From contig OX597822.1 of NCBI GenBank assembly GCA_951406725.2, positions 79,670,001-79,734,000 of the forward strand: DNA of 64,000 nt, written 5' to 3'. A model generated the notes under the pieces. That model saw only the letters and a list, made by a program, of their open reading frames with translations. It ran no database searches and was not told where the DNA came from. Of the stretch, positions 1-47,023 are shown in pieces. A program made the translations under genes and the position numbers. The DNA comes from Octopus vulgaris. Taxonomy: Eukaryota. Numbering within the stretch: the first letter of the stretch is position 1; each line of letters begins with the position of its first letter.

Positions 1-329
1 TATATAACGGTGTCATGAAGTTCAATGACACCGTTTTATAAATTATATACACAGACTGTCAAAATATGAACTTTATTCTACATCTGTATTGAGTATTCTT
101 TATCCGATTCGTGGATTTTTTTATATTGCATACATACATAATACATACATACTGACAGACAGACAGACAGACAAAGGAAACAATTCAACAATAATTGCTC
201 GCTCACACGTATATGTTAGCATTCAGATGTATGAATGTATTGTGTAAATGTTTGTGAGCCGCACCTATAAAAATGCGCATATCTCTAGTGTAGATAGAAC
301 GAGGTTATATACACTAGAAGTATGGTATT

Positions 330-1460
330 TGAATTTGAGCAGTTTATTGAGAGGCCAACTTCAATGGCTGCATAATTATGAGGCGAGTTTGAACATTTGC
401 GATTGAATGTGAGTCGAGGGCGATGACATCCGCGAAGTCGAGACCAGTGAGGTGTAATACTGAACAGTATGAGCCTTGCCGGGAATGTTAATTTATGCCT
501 CGTTCAAATACTGTAGCGAGCTATAATACATGACCCAAGATTATAGCGAAAAGGAAAGGCGCTAAGGTTTCCTCTTGTAGTACTCCTGCGAATGTGACGG
601 TGTCTCCGTCAGGGGTGCTTACGAGACGTTTACGGTTCACATAGTTAGATAGGATAGCATTTACAACTTCATTTGTCTTGCTATTAGCAGAGGGAATCTG
701 AAACATTCGCTTACGGTGGGCAAAGAAAAAAGCTTTGGGGAAATTTACAAAGTAGACGCACACAGACTTACGTTTCTTTGATGAGATCGTTTCAATGAAA
801 CGGCGAAGAGTTAAAATAGGTTCGAGAGTGGAGAGGCCTTTGCGAAAGTTGTATTGGTTTTGATCTGAGTAGTGTTTCGATAGGGTTTCGGATGTAATGA
901 ACATGATACAGTTGAAGAGTTTTGCTGAGCATGACATCAAGGTGATGCCATGATACGAGCCATATTCTGATAGATCTCTTCTCCGGAACAGGAATGATGC
1001 GGTTCAGCTTGAATTTCGATGGAGCTTGAGTGGGGATGTAAGTAGAATTTAGAATAGGAAGAAGTAAAAAGAAGTCAACATGGAAGCACACCGTCAACAC
1101 CACACGATCTGCCAGTCTTAAGCTGTTTAGCAGCAGTTAATGCTTCTCTGAGGGTAATCTTACCATTTGGAATATTGGTGAGCAGCGGTGGGATTGGTAT
1201 CACAACAAAATTCTCTGTGAGAGATGTATTGCTGTTGAGCAGCTTTTCAAAGTGGAATTTCCAGCCTACTTGTAGAACTTTTGGCTGTATTTTTTTATGG
1301 TGACTTAGATTTGCGACCAGACAAGTTGTTTATGGCTTTCCAGTCTGTGGTGATTTGTCTGCAGTCAACTGCTTCTTTTATACGGTTGATTTGCTCTTCG
1401 ATGTACGCCTTTTGGTTTGCATTGTACTTCTGAGCTAAGGTTAGAGACGAAGCTCTACAG
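330..1460 (-). mobile_element. Decayed non-LTR retrotransposon RT fragment (RTE-group-like)
   Basis: QYNFRKGLSTLEPILTLRRFIE...FVNFPKAF...GVLQEETLAPFLF (ORF 521..940); upstream frame IIPVP; frameshifted. Boundaries approximate. Confidence 0.75.
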
Positions 1461-1855
1461 CATTAAATGGGAAATTATCAGTTGTTAAATCCTATAATAT
1501 TGGTAAAATATGATGAAATTTACATGTAGACGAAATCTATCAAATCTTGACTTCGAAATTTGAACTTCTTAATAACCATCAAGATTCTGTTTTATCTTGT
1601 AAACATTCCTCTAAATAAAATAAAATAAATTATAATTAAATATTATTCGATAAAATTTGATAAATAAATATATTATATTATTTTGGATGTTATGACAACA
1701 TATGTCTTTTAATCAGTAAACAAGATAGAGGTCTAATAACAGCACTATCTTTGATGACGTAAAAAAACGAATTCCTTATATTAAATACCCAACCAAATCA
1801 TGTGATACACATTATACTAAACCCTGGATTAATATAAATTAAACAGAAAAATATT

Positions 1856-1932
1856 TACTTCTTTATTGCCCACAGTGGGCTAAACATAGAGGAGAAAAAC
1901 AAGGGGATTAAGTCGATTACATCGACCCCAGT
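1856..1932 (-). mobile_element. SINE 3' fragment (family of 4447..4678)
   Basis: gggctaaacatagagg...attaagtcgattacatcgaccccagt is the reverse complement of the SINE tail. Confidence 0.7.
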
Positions 1933-2099
1933 ATAATGGCTATATTTTTAAAATTTATTTTAATTTTTATTTTTATTCGTATTTTCTTTTCTTTTCTTAT
2001 GAAATATATTTAACAGGCCCACATACATATAAACATAACTTCGTTTATCCAGTTTGTTTTAAAATCTCGACTTAACAACATGTAATTCTTTTATGTCAA

Positions 2100-2230
2100 T
2101 TAGCCCTGATGAGGTTTTACTCATATAATATTCTAAATGTAAATTTTATTTTATTTTATTCATAACGTTGTAAATAGTATTGAGTAAAATTGAAACAATT
2201 GTAGGTATTTTAAATAACTACATGTTAATA
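2100..2230 (+). ncRNA. Degenerate hammerhead-ribozyme-like motif (Penelope pLTR remnant)
   Basis: CTGATGA-G-GTTTTACTCA...TGAGTAAAAT-T-GAAAC; stems I and III are poor. Confidence 0.4.
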
Positions 2231-2236
2231 AATTAA

Positions 2237-2273
<37 letters not shown>

Positions 2274-2289
2274 TCTCCATTTTCTTATT

Positions 2290-2349
<60 letters not shown>

Positions 2350-2585
2350 ATGTGTGTGTATATACACACAACATACATATTTAAATATAAAGGTTTTTTC
2401 ACATACCAGCATTATATTCAACTTACTGAACAAACTAATAATTTGTTTAAGATATACATGTAAATATTGCCAGTTTCATTACCAAATTGTATGAAATGTT
2501 GACATATAATATGGCCTACCATTAAACAATACCAAATTCTTAATACATTTGTACTTATTTCTCTCTTTTCTTTCTTTTTTTCCAG

Positions 2586-34640
<32,055 letters not shown>

Positions 34641-36654
34641 AGTGAAAAATAAATCAAAGAAAACAGAGAAAAATAAAAGGACAGAAAACAAATAAAAGAG
34701 AAAACATCTTGGGGCAAAAAACAGTATAAAATTTTAAAATAAATAAAAGCTCTTCGAAAATGCGGTGTGATAGGGACGGGAGGTGGCCACGCACACACTT
34801 ACGGATAAACAGATATTTTATTCATTCAATGATATTTAGAGATTGGGTTGCGCCCATGCTGGGGCACTTACCTCAGAACATTTCAGTAGATCACATCAAC
34901 CTTATTAATCGTTCCAGTCAAGTATTTATTTCAGAGATCTTTATTGGTTGGAAGACCAAATAAGGTATTTTAAAACGACACCTTTTAGTACACCGGGAGC
35001 TTATGACTGCGAATCCAAATTTGCAAGCACATTCTCACATGCTTCCTTCAATTTTCAGGCAAACACATAAATTATACATATTCTGTTATTCTTTTAGACG
35101 TTTTAGCGATGCGGTTGCGATCAAGCTGGAGCACCAACGTAAATTAGTACCCTTTCCACAGACCTTTTCTGTGGCTGGTTTCTACTGGGGTGGGTGGGAT
35201 TTCATATTAACTTTTGTATGTGCTTTTTACCAGGTGGTTAGAACATTAGGTGTATGATGGAGTTTGATACCACTGCCCTCGTCTATACTTCCTGCCGGGA
35301 CCGTCGACTCGTCTGGGAACGGGGATAGGAGAATGTCCAATTCCGTTTTCAAGTCATCCACATCCATATTGTATAGGTTTTTTGTATAGCCTGTCATGTT
35401 TAGAGACAGTGTCACAAGCAGCCTTTGACTTTCTCTATTCAAGGGTTTTTAAACCAATATTCACAAGCTATTATTTATAGCTCAATCTACTTCGAGTTCC
35501 ATCATGTTCCTGCTTATATATATTCTTTTGTGAAAAACAAGTTAACACAATTTCTTAGGGTTTAAGTACCGGAATTGTACCATTATCAAAGCAAAAGGAT
35601 TAAATCCAATAATAGCAAATGTAACAAAAATCTGTCACACCTTGGGCCTACTTAACAGAAGAGAAACACCTACAACCTTGTTTACAAAGCTCTACATGCA
35701 TTGATGAATTCTAAACAATAACATAACCCCAAATTTAATCAAAATTTTTCCAAAACACCCTTCCTGAACAACGAGTCCTGAAAACCTAATTACCACTCCT
35801 CTCAAATGCACACAGATATGCGATTGCATATATGTATTTATATGTGTGTATAAATATAAGTGTATATGAATATTTATATACGTGTGTATGTGTGTGCATA
35901 CATATATGTATAGGCATGTAAGTATAAGTATGTATATGTGTGCATGGATGTGTGTATGTGTGTGTGACCTCGTGTGTACCATTGGCGATTTTTTTTCCTC
36001 CGTCTTCCCTTCTCTGGATCTTTCCTTCTCCTATGTTTCCGACAAAGAGCTCCGCTCGAAACGTTAAACCCTCCTTCTTTCTTTGTTCCACGTCCTCGCG
36101 CTGTTGTGCTTTTTTGTGCTTTCTTGTTTGGATTAACTATATATATATATACGTCGCATATGCGGCCTTCAGAAACCACTTACAACACAACAGTCTGTGT
36201 CCGGTATCCCAGAATACCGCCTCGGCGAATCTCAGCAAACCAACCTGCTTACAGCGGAAGAAGCAGAAGTCGAAGAAGCCAGAAGAGTTGAAAATAACAA
36301 ACAGAACCGTTGAGTATAACCAAAATGCAAGAACTTTAATTAAGAGTCCATAACAATTATGGAATAAATAAACAGTTCTTTAGAGAGTTCTTTCATTTAC
36401 CTCTGAAATGTGTAGATTTCTTTTGGCGAGTTCTTTTATTCACCAATCTAATGATTTATCTTCTATCTTTTTTTTTATCTCTTTTTTTTTAATCCCGACT
36501 GGACTCTGTTGTTAGTTCCGAATTCACGGTACCATTCCGCATATCTTTACGTTGCCAAGTTCACATTATTTTCGCAGCAAGTTCAAAACCTTCCACCTTA
36601 CAAAGACACTAACTTCGAAGCCTTTTACTACCATCCTAACATCAGACACCAAAT

Positions 36655-36831
36655 GACTTTTAAAACAAACTTATTTATTTAGGTTTTGACAGACATTCTC
36701 TAGAACAATACTCAGTGCAAAATCAAAAATATGGGACTCTAGTCAACACCATCTTGAACTTGTAACCTGTCTTTTGAGGTCTCTGGATGAGACTTGGATC
36801 AACTCGTACAGACACAAAGCAAAAGCCAAAC

Positions 36832-36869
<38 letters not shown>

Positions 36870-36887
36870 GTAATAATAATGATGATG

Positions 36888-36942
<55 letters not shown>

Positions 36943-36960
36943 GAAGAAGAAGAAGAAAGG
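36655..36960 (+). mobile_element. 3' UTR of Dong/R4-like element ending in (AAT)n
   Basis: Matches 41535-41722, which follows an RLE C-terminus; followed by ~105 bp of (AAT)n, then (AAG)n. Confidence 0.7.
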
Positions 36961-37444
36961 TACAAGGTTACAAATTTGTAACACACGTGAACCAGCACAT
37001 GTCATTGGTTAATACGCATTTCCTCGGCAGAGTAACAAGAAAAAAAATCCAACTTCACTAGCATTTGATCTCAGAGTATAGTGGGTTAAAAATTCCACCG
37101 AAATCATTGTTGCTTTTTGTCATATTGAGGTCAGCAACAATTATAAAACAGTATTAGTTCTAGTGAATCGAAATCAGTGTTGCGTTACATAAAATAATGA
37201 GTTTGATCGGGTTGTGACACCCTCACCTCTTACCTGTTATAAATAGGCCCGAGAACCAAGAAAAGCCGTAATATATTTTAATACAGCAATAGACACGCGG
37301 CTCAACCGATATTTTTTATTTTTAAAAAAATTTAAAATCAAGTGATATTTGCTTTGTTTTATTAAAGCAAAAACAAACAATGGGAAAATAATGTTGAAAC
37401 AAAAGCAAAAAAGGCAATTATCCTTTTCCCATACAGGATTAAAA

Positions 37445-37825
37445 GGATGCACAATGGCCCAGTGGTTAGGGCAGCGGACTCGCGATCATAGGATCGCGGT
37501 TTCGATTCCCAGACCGGGCGTTGTGAGTGTTTATTGAGCGAAAACACCTAAAGCTCCACCTGGCTCCGGCAGGGGATGGTGGTGATCCCTGCTGTACTCT
37601 TTCACCACAACTTTCTCTCACTCTTACTTCCTGTTTCTGTTGTACCTGTATTTCAAAGGGCCGGCCTTGTCACTCTCTGTGTCACGCTGAATATCCCCGA
37701 GAACTACGTTAAGGGTACATGTGTCTGTGGAGTGCTCAGCCACTTACACGTTAATTTCACAAGCAGGCTGTTCCGTTGATTCGGATCAACCGGAACCCTC
37801 GTCGTCGTAACCGACGGAGTGCTTC
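37445..37825 (+). mobile_element. tRNA-derived SINE family 3
   Basis: TGGCCCAGTGGTTAGGGCAGCGGACTCGCGATC...GTTTCGATTCCC head; related heads at 46120-46430 and 54915-55170; body fragment at 61280-61445(-). Confidence 0.75.
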
Positions 37826-38939
37826 TATAGATTTTAAAAATCGCTGGTTGCCAATCATGGTCATGTGCAACGTGTGTGCGAGTTAGGTTTTGTTGGAAAC
37901 CACATAAGAAGTACGAGGAGGAAGGCACCATGCTGGTAACGTATTAGAAAGAATGAATTATAAACGCAAACAAGATTGCATGGTTGTTAAAGCGAGAAAT
38001 ATCAAACTTTACTGCAGTTGTTAGTAAAACTTTGTTTTACTCTTACCCTCATTATTAATGAAAACACAGCAAACGTGACTGTGTGGTAAAAAAAAAAAAA
38101 AAGCTTGCTTCCCAGTCACATAGTTCCGGGTTCAGTCCCACTGCATGGAACCATGGGCAGGTGTCTTCACCGATAGCTTTCACTACCATCATCATCACTT
38201 TCTCACACTCTTTTTCCTTCTCTCTCTCTCTCTTCTGTCTATCTCCCTCCTCCCTCTCCCACCCCTCTCTCTGTGCCTTTCGTTAACCTCACCATCAGAA
38301 TATCACTCCTCTGCTAAAATTATATTTTGAACTCTCCTCCTCTACCTTCAACTACCTTTTTAAACCACGTAATGAATACGAAGTTCCCCCAACCGCACGT
38401 TATGGACGCTTCTCTCTGCCTCTTTTTCTTCCTCCCTCATTCTGTGTCGCCTTGTCCTCTTTTTCTCTCTCCTTTGTCTTTCTCCCCTCTTTCCCTTCAA
38501 CTAATCACGTGAAAGCGTTACAATTACATTCCCTCTACCTCACGTCATGGACGCTTCTCTCTCCTTCTTCTTTCTCCCCCTTTTCCTCTAATCACGTGAA
38601 AGCATTACGAACGGGCTAAGCAACACAATGACAAGCAGATTTATTATAAGATGGGGTATTTGTGGAGGATCTACTCTGCGACCCATGAAAGGTCCAATCT
38701 CGATTTGTAGAAATTGACGAAACAGTGTTTTCGAGGGAGAGAAAAGAAAATGAAAAAAGAAAAAAGAAAAGAAAAAGAAAAAGAGAAGGGATGTGTGGTT
38801 AAGAAGCTCGATTGTGAACCACATCGTTTAGGCTTCAGTCCCTTTAACAACTCGAAGTGACTTCACGTAATATAAACCCCAGACAGACAAATGCCTTGTG
38901 AATAAACTTTGTAAACCGAAATGTGTAGAAGCCCGTCGT

Positions 38940-39437
38940 ATACACACATACAAAGTACACACCCATACAAGTACACACCCATACAAACACACACACAAGC
39001 GTACACACACACATGTACACACATGCTCACACACGCACACAGACACATACACATACACGCACACACATACAAAAACACACCCGCACACACACACACACAT
39101 ACACGCAAGCGCACACACTCACGTGCTCACATACGCACAAACGTGCACACGCACATACACCCACACGCGCACACACGAACACACATGCACACACGCGCAC
39201 ACATACACACGCACATACACTCACGCGCACACACACACACACACACGCTCACACACGCACGCAAACACACACACATGCACACGCACACAGGCACACACGC
39301 ACGCACACACTCACAAACACACACGCACACATACACACACGCACACACGCACACACACACACGCGCACACAGACACACAAACACACATGCACATACACAC
39401 GCACACAGCACACACACGCACACACACACACGCACAC

Positions 39438-39473
<36 letters not shown>

Positions 39474-39730
39474 ACAACACACACACGAACACACACAAAC
39501 ACACGCATACATACACACGTAGACATGCACTCACGCACGCACACACAGACACACACACACACACACACACGCAGATACACACACATACGCGTACACACAC
39601 ACACATACGCACACGCACACACGCACACACGCACACACTCACAAACACACACGCACACATACACACACGCACACACGCACACACACACACGCGCACACAC
39701 ACACACAAACACACACGCACATACACACGC
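38940..39730. repeat. ~790-bp degenerate (CA)/(CG)-rich tandem array
   Basis: Directly visible; source of the His/Thr and Cys/Val pseudo-ORFs. Confidence 0.95.
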
Positions 39731-40124
39731 AGAAAGCTTGCGATTTAAAGACAGGAAAGATTATCAGAAGGGTTTTAAGCACTTGAAAGAGCATTGAAAT
39801 TAGTTGCTAACCCACTACACACATAAATTCTGTCATGAATAAAAACAAACCCGAAGCAAATCCTCCTCCCCCTTCCCTCCTCCTCCTCCTCCTCCTCCTC
39901 CTCCTCCTCCTCCTCCTTTCTGCTGTAGGCACACAAGGCCTGAAATGATGTCAATCAATCAACGTGTGGACGCTGGTTGCTCTCGTTCATACTTTACGTT
40001 TAAATTTCTATAAGTTAGAATTTTTATCACTTCTTATTTTGAACTTGTCAAAGACAGACGTACTGCTGAAATATCGTTCAACTAATAAAATATCTTACAA
40101 TCGAATCGCGCTCTTCGTCTTGAC

Positions 40125-40167
<43 letters not shown>

Positions 40168-40479
40168 CCTTATTCAGGGATCTTTTGAGCTGGATGGGCT
40201 ACTCGACCAGAAGGAAATTCTAACTGGGCCCCACCTGCAAGGTCATGTGCTGTTTATCTTGATATGAGATCACCATGTCGCGCACATATGGTTGTGATGC
40301 ATGTGCCTGGTGTACTCGTATCAGACGGGTAGACAGGATGGGTATACTGGGCTTCGTATATTTTACCCCAGTGTCACTTTGATGGCACGCACTGCTCTCT
40401 CACTCAATAATAATAATAATAATAACAACAACAACAACAACAATAATAATAATAATAATAGTAATAATAATAATAATAA

Positions 40480-41025
40480 AATGTGTCGATTTTCTGGGAC
40501 TTCCCCGTACATACCGACAAAACTATAAAAGCTAATAAACTGGATATTATTATAAAAGATCAGTAAAAAAAGATGTGTTTATTAATTGTCATGAGTATTC
40601 CCTTCGATCACAATATAGCGGCGAAAGAATTTGACAAGGTCAATAAATATCAAGACTTGCAAATAGAAATTGAAAAAAATGTGGCATCTCAAGGCGACTA
40701 CAGTACCAGTGATTGTAGGATCTCTAGTAATGATAAAAAAGGTACTGAAACCTATTTGAAAATGATACCAGGCTTACTATCCCTACAGGAAATACAAACA
40801 ATCGTGTTAACTGAAACGACTCATTTACTGAGAAGAGCATTATCGCTGTGAAAACAACATCCATTCATGAATTCATTTATTTATTAATTTTTAGATACAT
40901 ATTTTACCTGTGAATTTGCGCGTGTAATCTGGGAATGTATACAATGAGCTTCTCTGCCCTAGGTGTGCGGAAAACACCCGGCGAGAAATGGAAGAAAATT
41001 AGAAGAAAGAAGGGGAAAAAATAAT
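40480..41025 (+). mobile_element. 5'-truncated Dong/R4-like element (RLE domain plus 3' UTR) at (AAT)n
   Basis: WDFPVHTDKTIKANKLDIIIKD..CLLIVMSIPFDHNIAAKEFDKVNKYQDLQIEIEK. Confidence 0.8.
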
Positions 41026-41168
41026 AATGTTTTCTACTATAGGCACAAGGCCTGAAAGTTTGGGGATGGGTTATAGTCAAGTACATCGACTCCAGTTCTG
41101 AACTGGCACTTATTTTGTCAACTCCGAAAGGATGAAAGACGACCTCGGCAAAATTTCAACTCAGAATC

Positions 41169-41216
<48 letters not shown>

Positions 41217-41231
41217 TAATAATAATAATAA

Positions 41232-41725
41232 TAAAAGAAATTGGCAAAATGTGGAATCTCAAGATTAAAAGAACACCTGTTGTCATAGGTGCCCTAGGAA
41301 TGATAGCAAAATGGGCTGCTTACTAACTAGCGCAGATAGCAGGAAATCTCAAAATGGAAGAAACTATACAAATAGTGCTCATGGGCACTGCCCGTATCAT
41401 ACGTAAAATATTGTCTAAGTAATCTCCAAAATATTTTAATTCGTAAACAGAGTCAAAATACTTTCAAATGTACATAACAGCAAACACCTTTTACTGCCAT
41501 CTTAACGTCAGACTATCATCTTATAATCAATTGACTTTCAAAACAAACTTCTAATTTACTTATGTTTTGACAGACATTCTCTAGAACAATACTCAGTGCA
41601 AAACCAAATATATGGGACCCTAGTCATACCACCAACTCGAACTTCTAATTTGTTGTCTCTTGAGGTCTCTGGGTGAGACTTGGAGTCAACTTGTACAGAT
41701 ACAAAGCAAAAGCCAAGCATATGAT
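41232..41725 (+). mobile_element. 5'-truncated Dong/R4-like element (RLE tail plus 3' UTR) at (AAT)n
   Basis: KEIGKMWNLKIKRTPVVIGALGMI...LMGTARIIRKILS; directly follows (AAT)n. Confidence 0.75.
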
Positions 41726-43463
41726 AAAAGAAAAATAATGATGATGATGATGATGATGATGATTATCTTTTATATTTAAAGGAGTGAATATAGTTATTTA
41801 ATCCAGGATTAAATTTAGAAGCCGTTGTATCTATGTAATAATGGATTTTATTAGGTGTTTTCGCAGAATATTTATGTGTTAAACTATTCTTCAGACATCG
41901 GTTATTCAAAGCATTTATCATAGCTCTTCCTGTTGCAAATGTTATAAAGTTTATTATTATAAGAGACTTTATTTATTTTATCAGGGTTAATGTTAGTACT
42001 ATGAGGTGATACTGTAATATTTTTATCAGCATTTATACTAGATTGAGATGTACTAAATTACAGTAGACTATGATTGGATTTCTTGACTGAATATTTAAAG
42101 ATACAGCCGTTATTACTAATAGTATTTAATTTTTTGCTGTTTGTTACAGGCTGCAATACTATTCGCTATATTTGGTGTAGAGGAATACCCAAATTTGACG
42201 GTATGTCAATTGAATATCTTATTTTATCTGCTAGAGGGTGGAAGGAAATACTTATTCAATTCATGGTATATCCGAGGCCATCTTATTTCTATAAAGGGCA
42301 TAAAACCATACGATAATCATGTTACATAATCCATTTCTACTGTTTTTGTTGTCATTATATAGATTAGAGATGTTTCTCACTCACAGATACCCGAACTGAC
42401 CCGAGACAGACGCGGACATTCAGTTTTTCAGCAGTTCATCTAAGAGAAGGTGTATCGATACAAATCCAGTATCCTGATAACTACTGAACTCATGGCACTT
42501 GTTGCACCACACCAATACAAGTTTGAAGGATGAAAGAAATGGACTGGCTCTGCACAAAACATGCGCACTATAATAATATTCAACATGCAGATCGTTAATG
42601 AAACCAAAATACCGGCAGCAACATCATCGCACTTCCTTCAAGTCCAGTGGCGGGAGGAAAAGAAGCGATGGGGACAGACAGCAGATGCTACTAGAAATCT
42701 TCAACTGTAACCCTACACACAACCAGCCAGGAGGTGACGGTCGTTTTCCTAAGAGTTCAGCTGTGTCAAAATCACATAAAAGTCCGTCAAATTAGTATAG
42801 TATAGTTGATTCTACGTTGAATAGTTCTCTTACGGTCATGGAAGTTGCAACGATAATTCCCAGGTTTGAATCTGTTATTATGTTCTGTCCTTTTACTTAG
42901 GGTGAAAAATATGGAGCTAATGACCTGTACATGATGATCGAGACTGTTTTGATTGATTGCCCGATGTTTACTTTCAATAAATATAGAATGACGTCAGCAG
43001 GCAAAATCGGGTTGCAGAAGAAAAGGGAATTCCAGAGCTTTGACGTCAGGAGACGAAGGGATTGGAATTCGATTTAATACAGAGTATTTGGGATGGGAAG
43101 ACTCAATATAGGCGACGAGGGATAGGATTAGCGAATAACTTTGCTTCAAGTTTCCTTTATTTTTAATTGAAAGTGATTTGCACGTAGCATATTCTTTGAA
43201 GCCGTCAAATGATTAAAGCAAGAATAAAAGGATTTTGTGTGACGGAGATCAAAGCGCAATAGGTGTGTCATGATCACGTGATCTTATGAAAGTGCAGTCA
43301 AGTATATCACAAGTGGAACAACAATAAGAGCAACAACAGTAGCCTTCTGTTCTGATCATGACTTGAGCTTTCTAAACATTCAGTGATTGTTGAGAAAGTG
43401 TTTGAATAGTAAATGCAAGATATCTTGAGTCATTCACGACGGTGCTTTTGCACACACATGCAT

Positions 43464-43464
<1 letters not shown>

Positions 43465-43494
<30 letters not shown>

Positions 43495-43495
43495 T

Positions 43496-43586
<91 letters not shown>

Positions 43587-43795
43587 AACAAACCTATACA
43601 CTTCTCTTCAGACACACTTCGTTGCATTTCAATATGAACTCACGTCAGATATTTGAAATGTCACTCCTCTCAGTGCATTCGCACTCACATACGTACATAC
43701 ATACATACATACATACATACATACATACATACATACATACATACATACATACATACATACATGCATACATGCATACATGCATGCATGTACGTATG

Positions 43796-43829
<34 letters not shown>

Positions 43830-44023
43830 TGTATGTATGTATGTATGTATGTATGTATGTATGCATGTATGTATGCATGCATGTATGTATGCATGCATGC
43901 ATACATACATACATACATACATACATACATACATACATACATACATACATACATACATACATACATACATACATACATACATACATACATACATACATAC
44001 ATACATACATACATACATACATA
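43465..44023. repeat. (CA)n followed by (CATA)n-(TATG)n-(CATA)n
   Basis: Directly visible strand-switching tetranucleotide array. Confidence 0.95.
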
Positions 44024-44151
44024 CAAAAATACCTTATTGTTGATGTTGAAATTCCAATGAAGGAGCCTTGGATCTACGTTAGAAACCGATTCTTTCTCCA
44101 TTGGCAAGACATCTTGAATTAAACTGTATAATGACTTACATACATAATGGC

Positions 44152-44182
<31 letters not shown>

Positions 44183-44200
44183 CATAATTATAATTAAGGG

Positions 44201-44231
<31 letters not shown>

Positions 44232-44850
44232 GGAACAAAATCACAATAGAGGGCATTAAAACATTCGGACAGATAGACGATACAAAGGCGGACAAGAGAA
44301 ACAACAATTAGAAGGACAGGCAAAAAAGACGGGTCATTTGAGGCTTTCTTTTCTCAGTCAAGTCCCCGAACTCGGACCATTTAAGGCAGTTATATTTGAG
44401 AGGGTTCGATTTGGTTTTCCCCCAAAAAGTCTAAGCTAAGGGCATTAGACCCTTTTGTAAGAAAGCTAGCGAATGTGTACGGCAACAAAGACAAAAAATA
44501 CACAAAAAATGACCCCACAAAAAGAACGGAGAACGTGATACACAATTAGGAAGATAAACAAGAAATAACAACCGCATGTACGGGGGCAGTAGGGTTGAAG
44601 GATTATAAAAAAAAAAAAACAGAGAAAAGAGAAAGGTACAGGGGAGATAATCGAGTGGGAAATAGTGGGAGTGTGTGTGTAGCAGTGCAAAAGACAGGGA
44701 AACATATGAGAAGTATTTTCCAACCGACCTTTAAATATATTGATTGTCTCTTCAAACACACCTCGTTGCATTTCATATATGAATATACATAAACGAACCA
44801 AGCAGAAATCTGCAATTTATGTACATACATACATACATACATACATACAT

Positions 44851-44918
<68 letters not shown>

Positions 44919-46035
44919 GCTGTGAAAATTATAAGGGTAGAAAATTTTCATATCGGTGGCTTGCATCGGTAATAAAACTCAATAGACAGCATATTTTCAT
45001 ATATGAGATTGCATAAGTATTTATACACAGAGAAGTGTCCCTTGACAGGACGCCTTACATGCTAGAAAGGGCAGCCAAACCCAAACCACGAAAAAAAAAA
45101 AAAATTCCAAAGAGAATGGGTTTGGCTGCCCTTTCTAGCATGTAAGGCATCATATCGACTTTGCCTTTCATTCTTTCGGGGTCGATAAATGTAAGTACCA
45201 GTTGCGTACTGTGGTTGATCTAATCGACTGGTCCCCTCCTTCAAAATTTCGGGCCTTGTGCCTTGAGTTGAAAAGAATATTTGTAAACAACGTGTTATGT
45301 CATCGGTAATTTTATTTCATGGAAATAAATGTTATTTAACTGTAATTTTTAGCAAACTTTACAACCCCTAGTGTTTCATGCAAATGCGCGAAACAACACG
45401 TTACATGCGATAAATACATTACAATTTTTTAACAGAAAGATTTAAAAGAATTAGATGAAAGTTCTCCGGTAATTTTCGTTCATGTAAATAAATGTTTATG
45501 CTAATTTAAAAAGAAAAACTGTTTGTTTTAAATACCTGAGAAAAATTTTGGCAAATAAACTTTAATTTAAAAGATTTATCGAAAAAAATCTTATTTAGCT
45601 GTTATTTTTAGCACACCACACAGCCATCTAAATGCTCAATTACAAAACGAAACAAACATTAACCTAGGCGGAGAAGTTGCTTGTCTGCCAGTAGAGAGGG
45701 AAAGAGTAAAAGAATGCGCGGTGCTGACTAGAAAGGAAGAAAGGATAAAGGTGGCTCTGCTCTGATTGGCTATATGCAAAAGAATTCATTACTGGGGTCC
45801 AGAACAATCGTGGGAAAAATTCGCTGCCCGGACAAGTGCAGTGTGGATAATGGCGTGGGGATATCCACGTAGGGGGAAGTGGTAAGCCATGAGTTGAGAC
45901 CGGGTCTGAAAGTCATGGTTATCACTACAGAACCAGCGTAGACGGAGGAAATGGGAGTAGGGGATGGAGAGCTTGGTGTGGGTAATACACATAACCATAT
46001 ACATACATAGTGCATGCATGCAGCCATCTATACAT

Positions 46036-46094
<59 letters not shown>

Positions 46095-46433
46095 TATATA
46101 TATAATGTGGGTGTATGTGTGATGGCGTAGTGGTTAGAGCGTCGAGCTCATAATCATGAGGTAGTGAGTTCGATTCCTGGACCGGGTTGTGTGTTGTGTT
46201 CTTCAGCAAGACACTTTATTTCATGTTGCTCCAGTTCACTCAGCTGTAGAAATGAGTTGCGACATCACTGGTACCAAGTTGTATGGGCCTTTGCCCATCG
46301 GTGGTGTGGAAAAGGGAGGCTGGTATGCACGGGCAACTGCTTGTCCTCCATAACTTGTACCTTGGGTGGTGTGTGGTAACTTTCTGTGTGCAATCCTACA
46401 GTCATTCATAAACGAAGCGGGTCTTTACACTTA

Positions 46434-46532
<99 letters not shown>

Positions 46533-46689
46533 ATGCACATGTATATACGACAGGATTCTTTCAGTTTCTGTCTACCAAATCCACTCACAAGGCTTTGATC
46601 CGCCCGAGGCTATAGTAGAAGACACTTGCCCAAGGTGCCACACAGTGGGACTGAACCCGGAACCATGTCGCTGGTAAGCAAGCTACTTA

Positions 46690-46781
<92 letters not shown>

Positions 46782-46813
46782 TTAAAAAAAGGAGATGTCG
46801 AACACGAGTGGTG

Positions 46814-47023
46814 ATATATAAAAAAGGAAATGAAGAAAATGCTGACAAATAATTGAAGTAATTTAAGTAATTTAATTAGGTGAAAGTTCTTTTTACCAGT
46901 TGCACATTTGTTATGCTTATCAATATTTTGATAAGCATAACAAATGCGCAACCGGTAAAAAGAACTTTCACCTAATTAAATTACTTAAATTACTTCAATT
47001 ATTTGTCAGCATTTTCTTCATTT

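Noticed and set aside
37445-37520. tRNA gene (also at ~46120 and ~54915)
   Set aside because: It has A/B boxes but no proper cloverleaf and continues into a shared SINE body.
38898-39797. 299-aa His/Thr-rich ORF and similar HT/CV/YI/MYVC ORFs throughout the window
   Set aside because: These are translations of (CA)n, (TA)n and (CATA)n microsatellites, open in many frames, with no coding signal.
42330-43330. Possible old LINE 3' fragment on the minus strand (also 35180-35440)
   Set aside because: It is too decayed to assign by eye.
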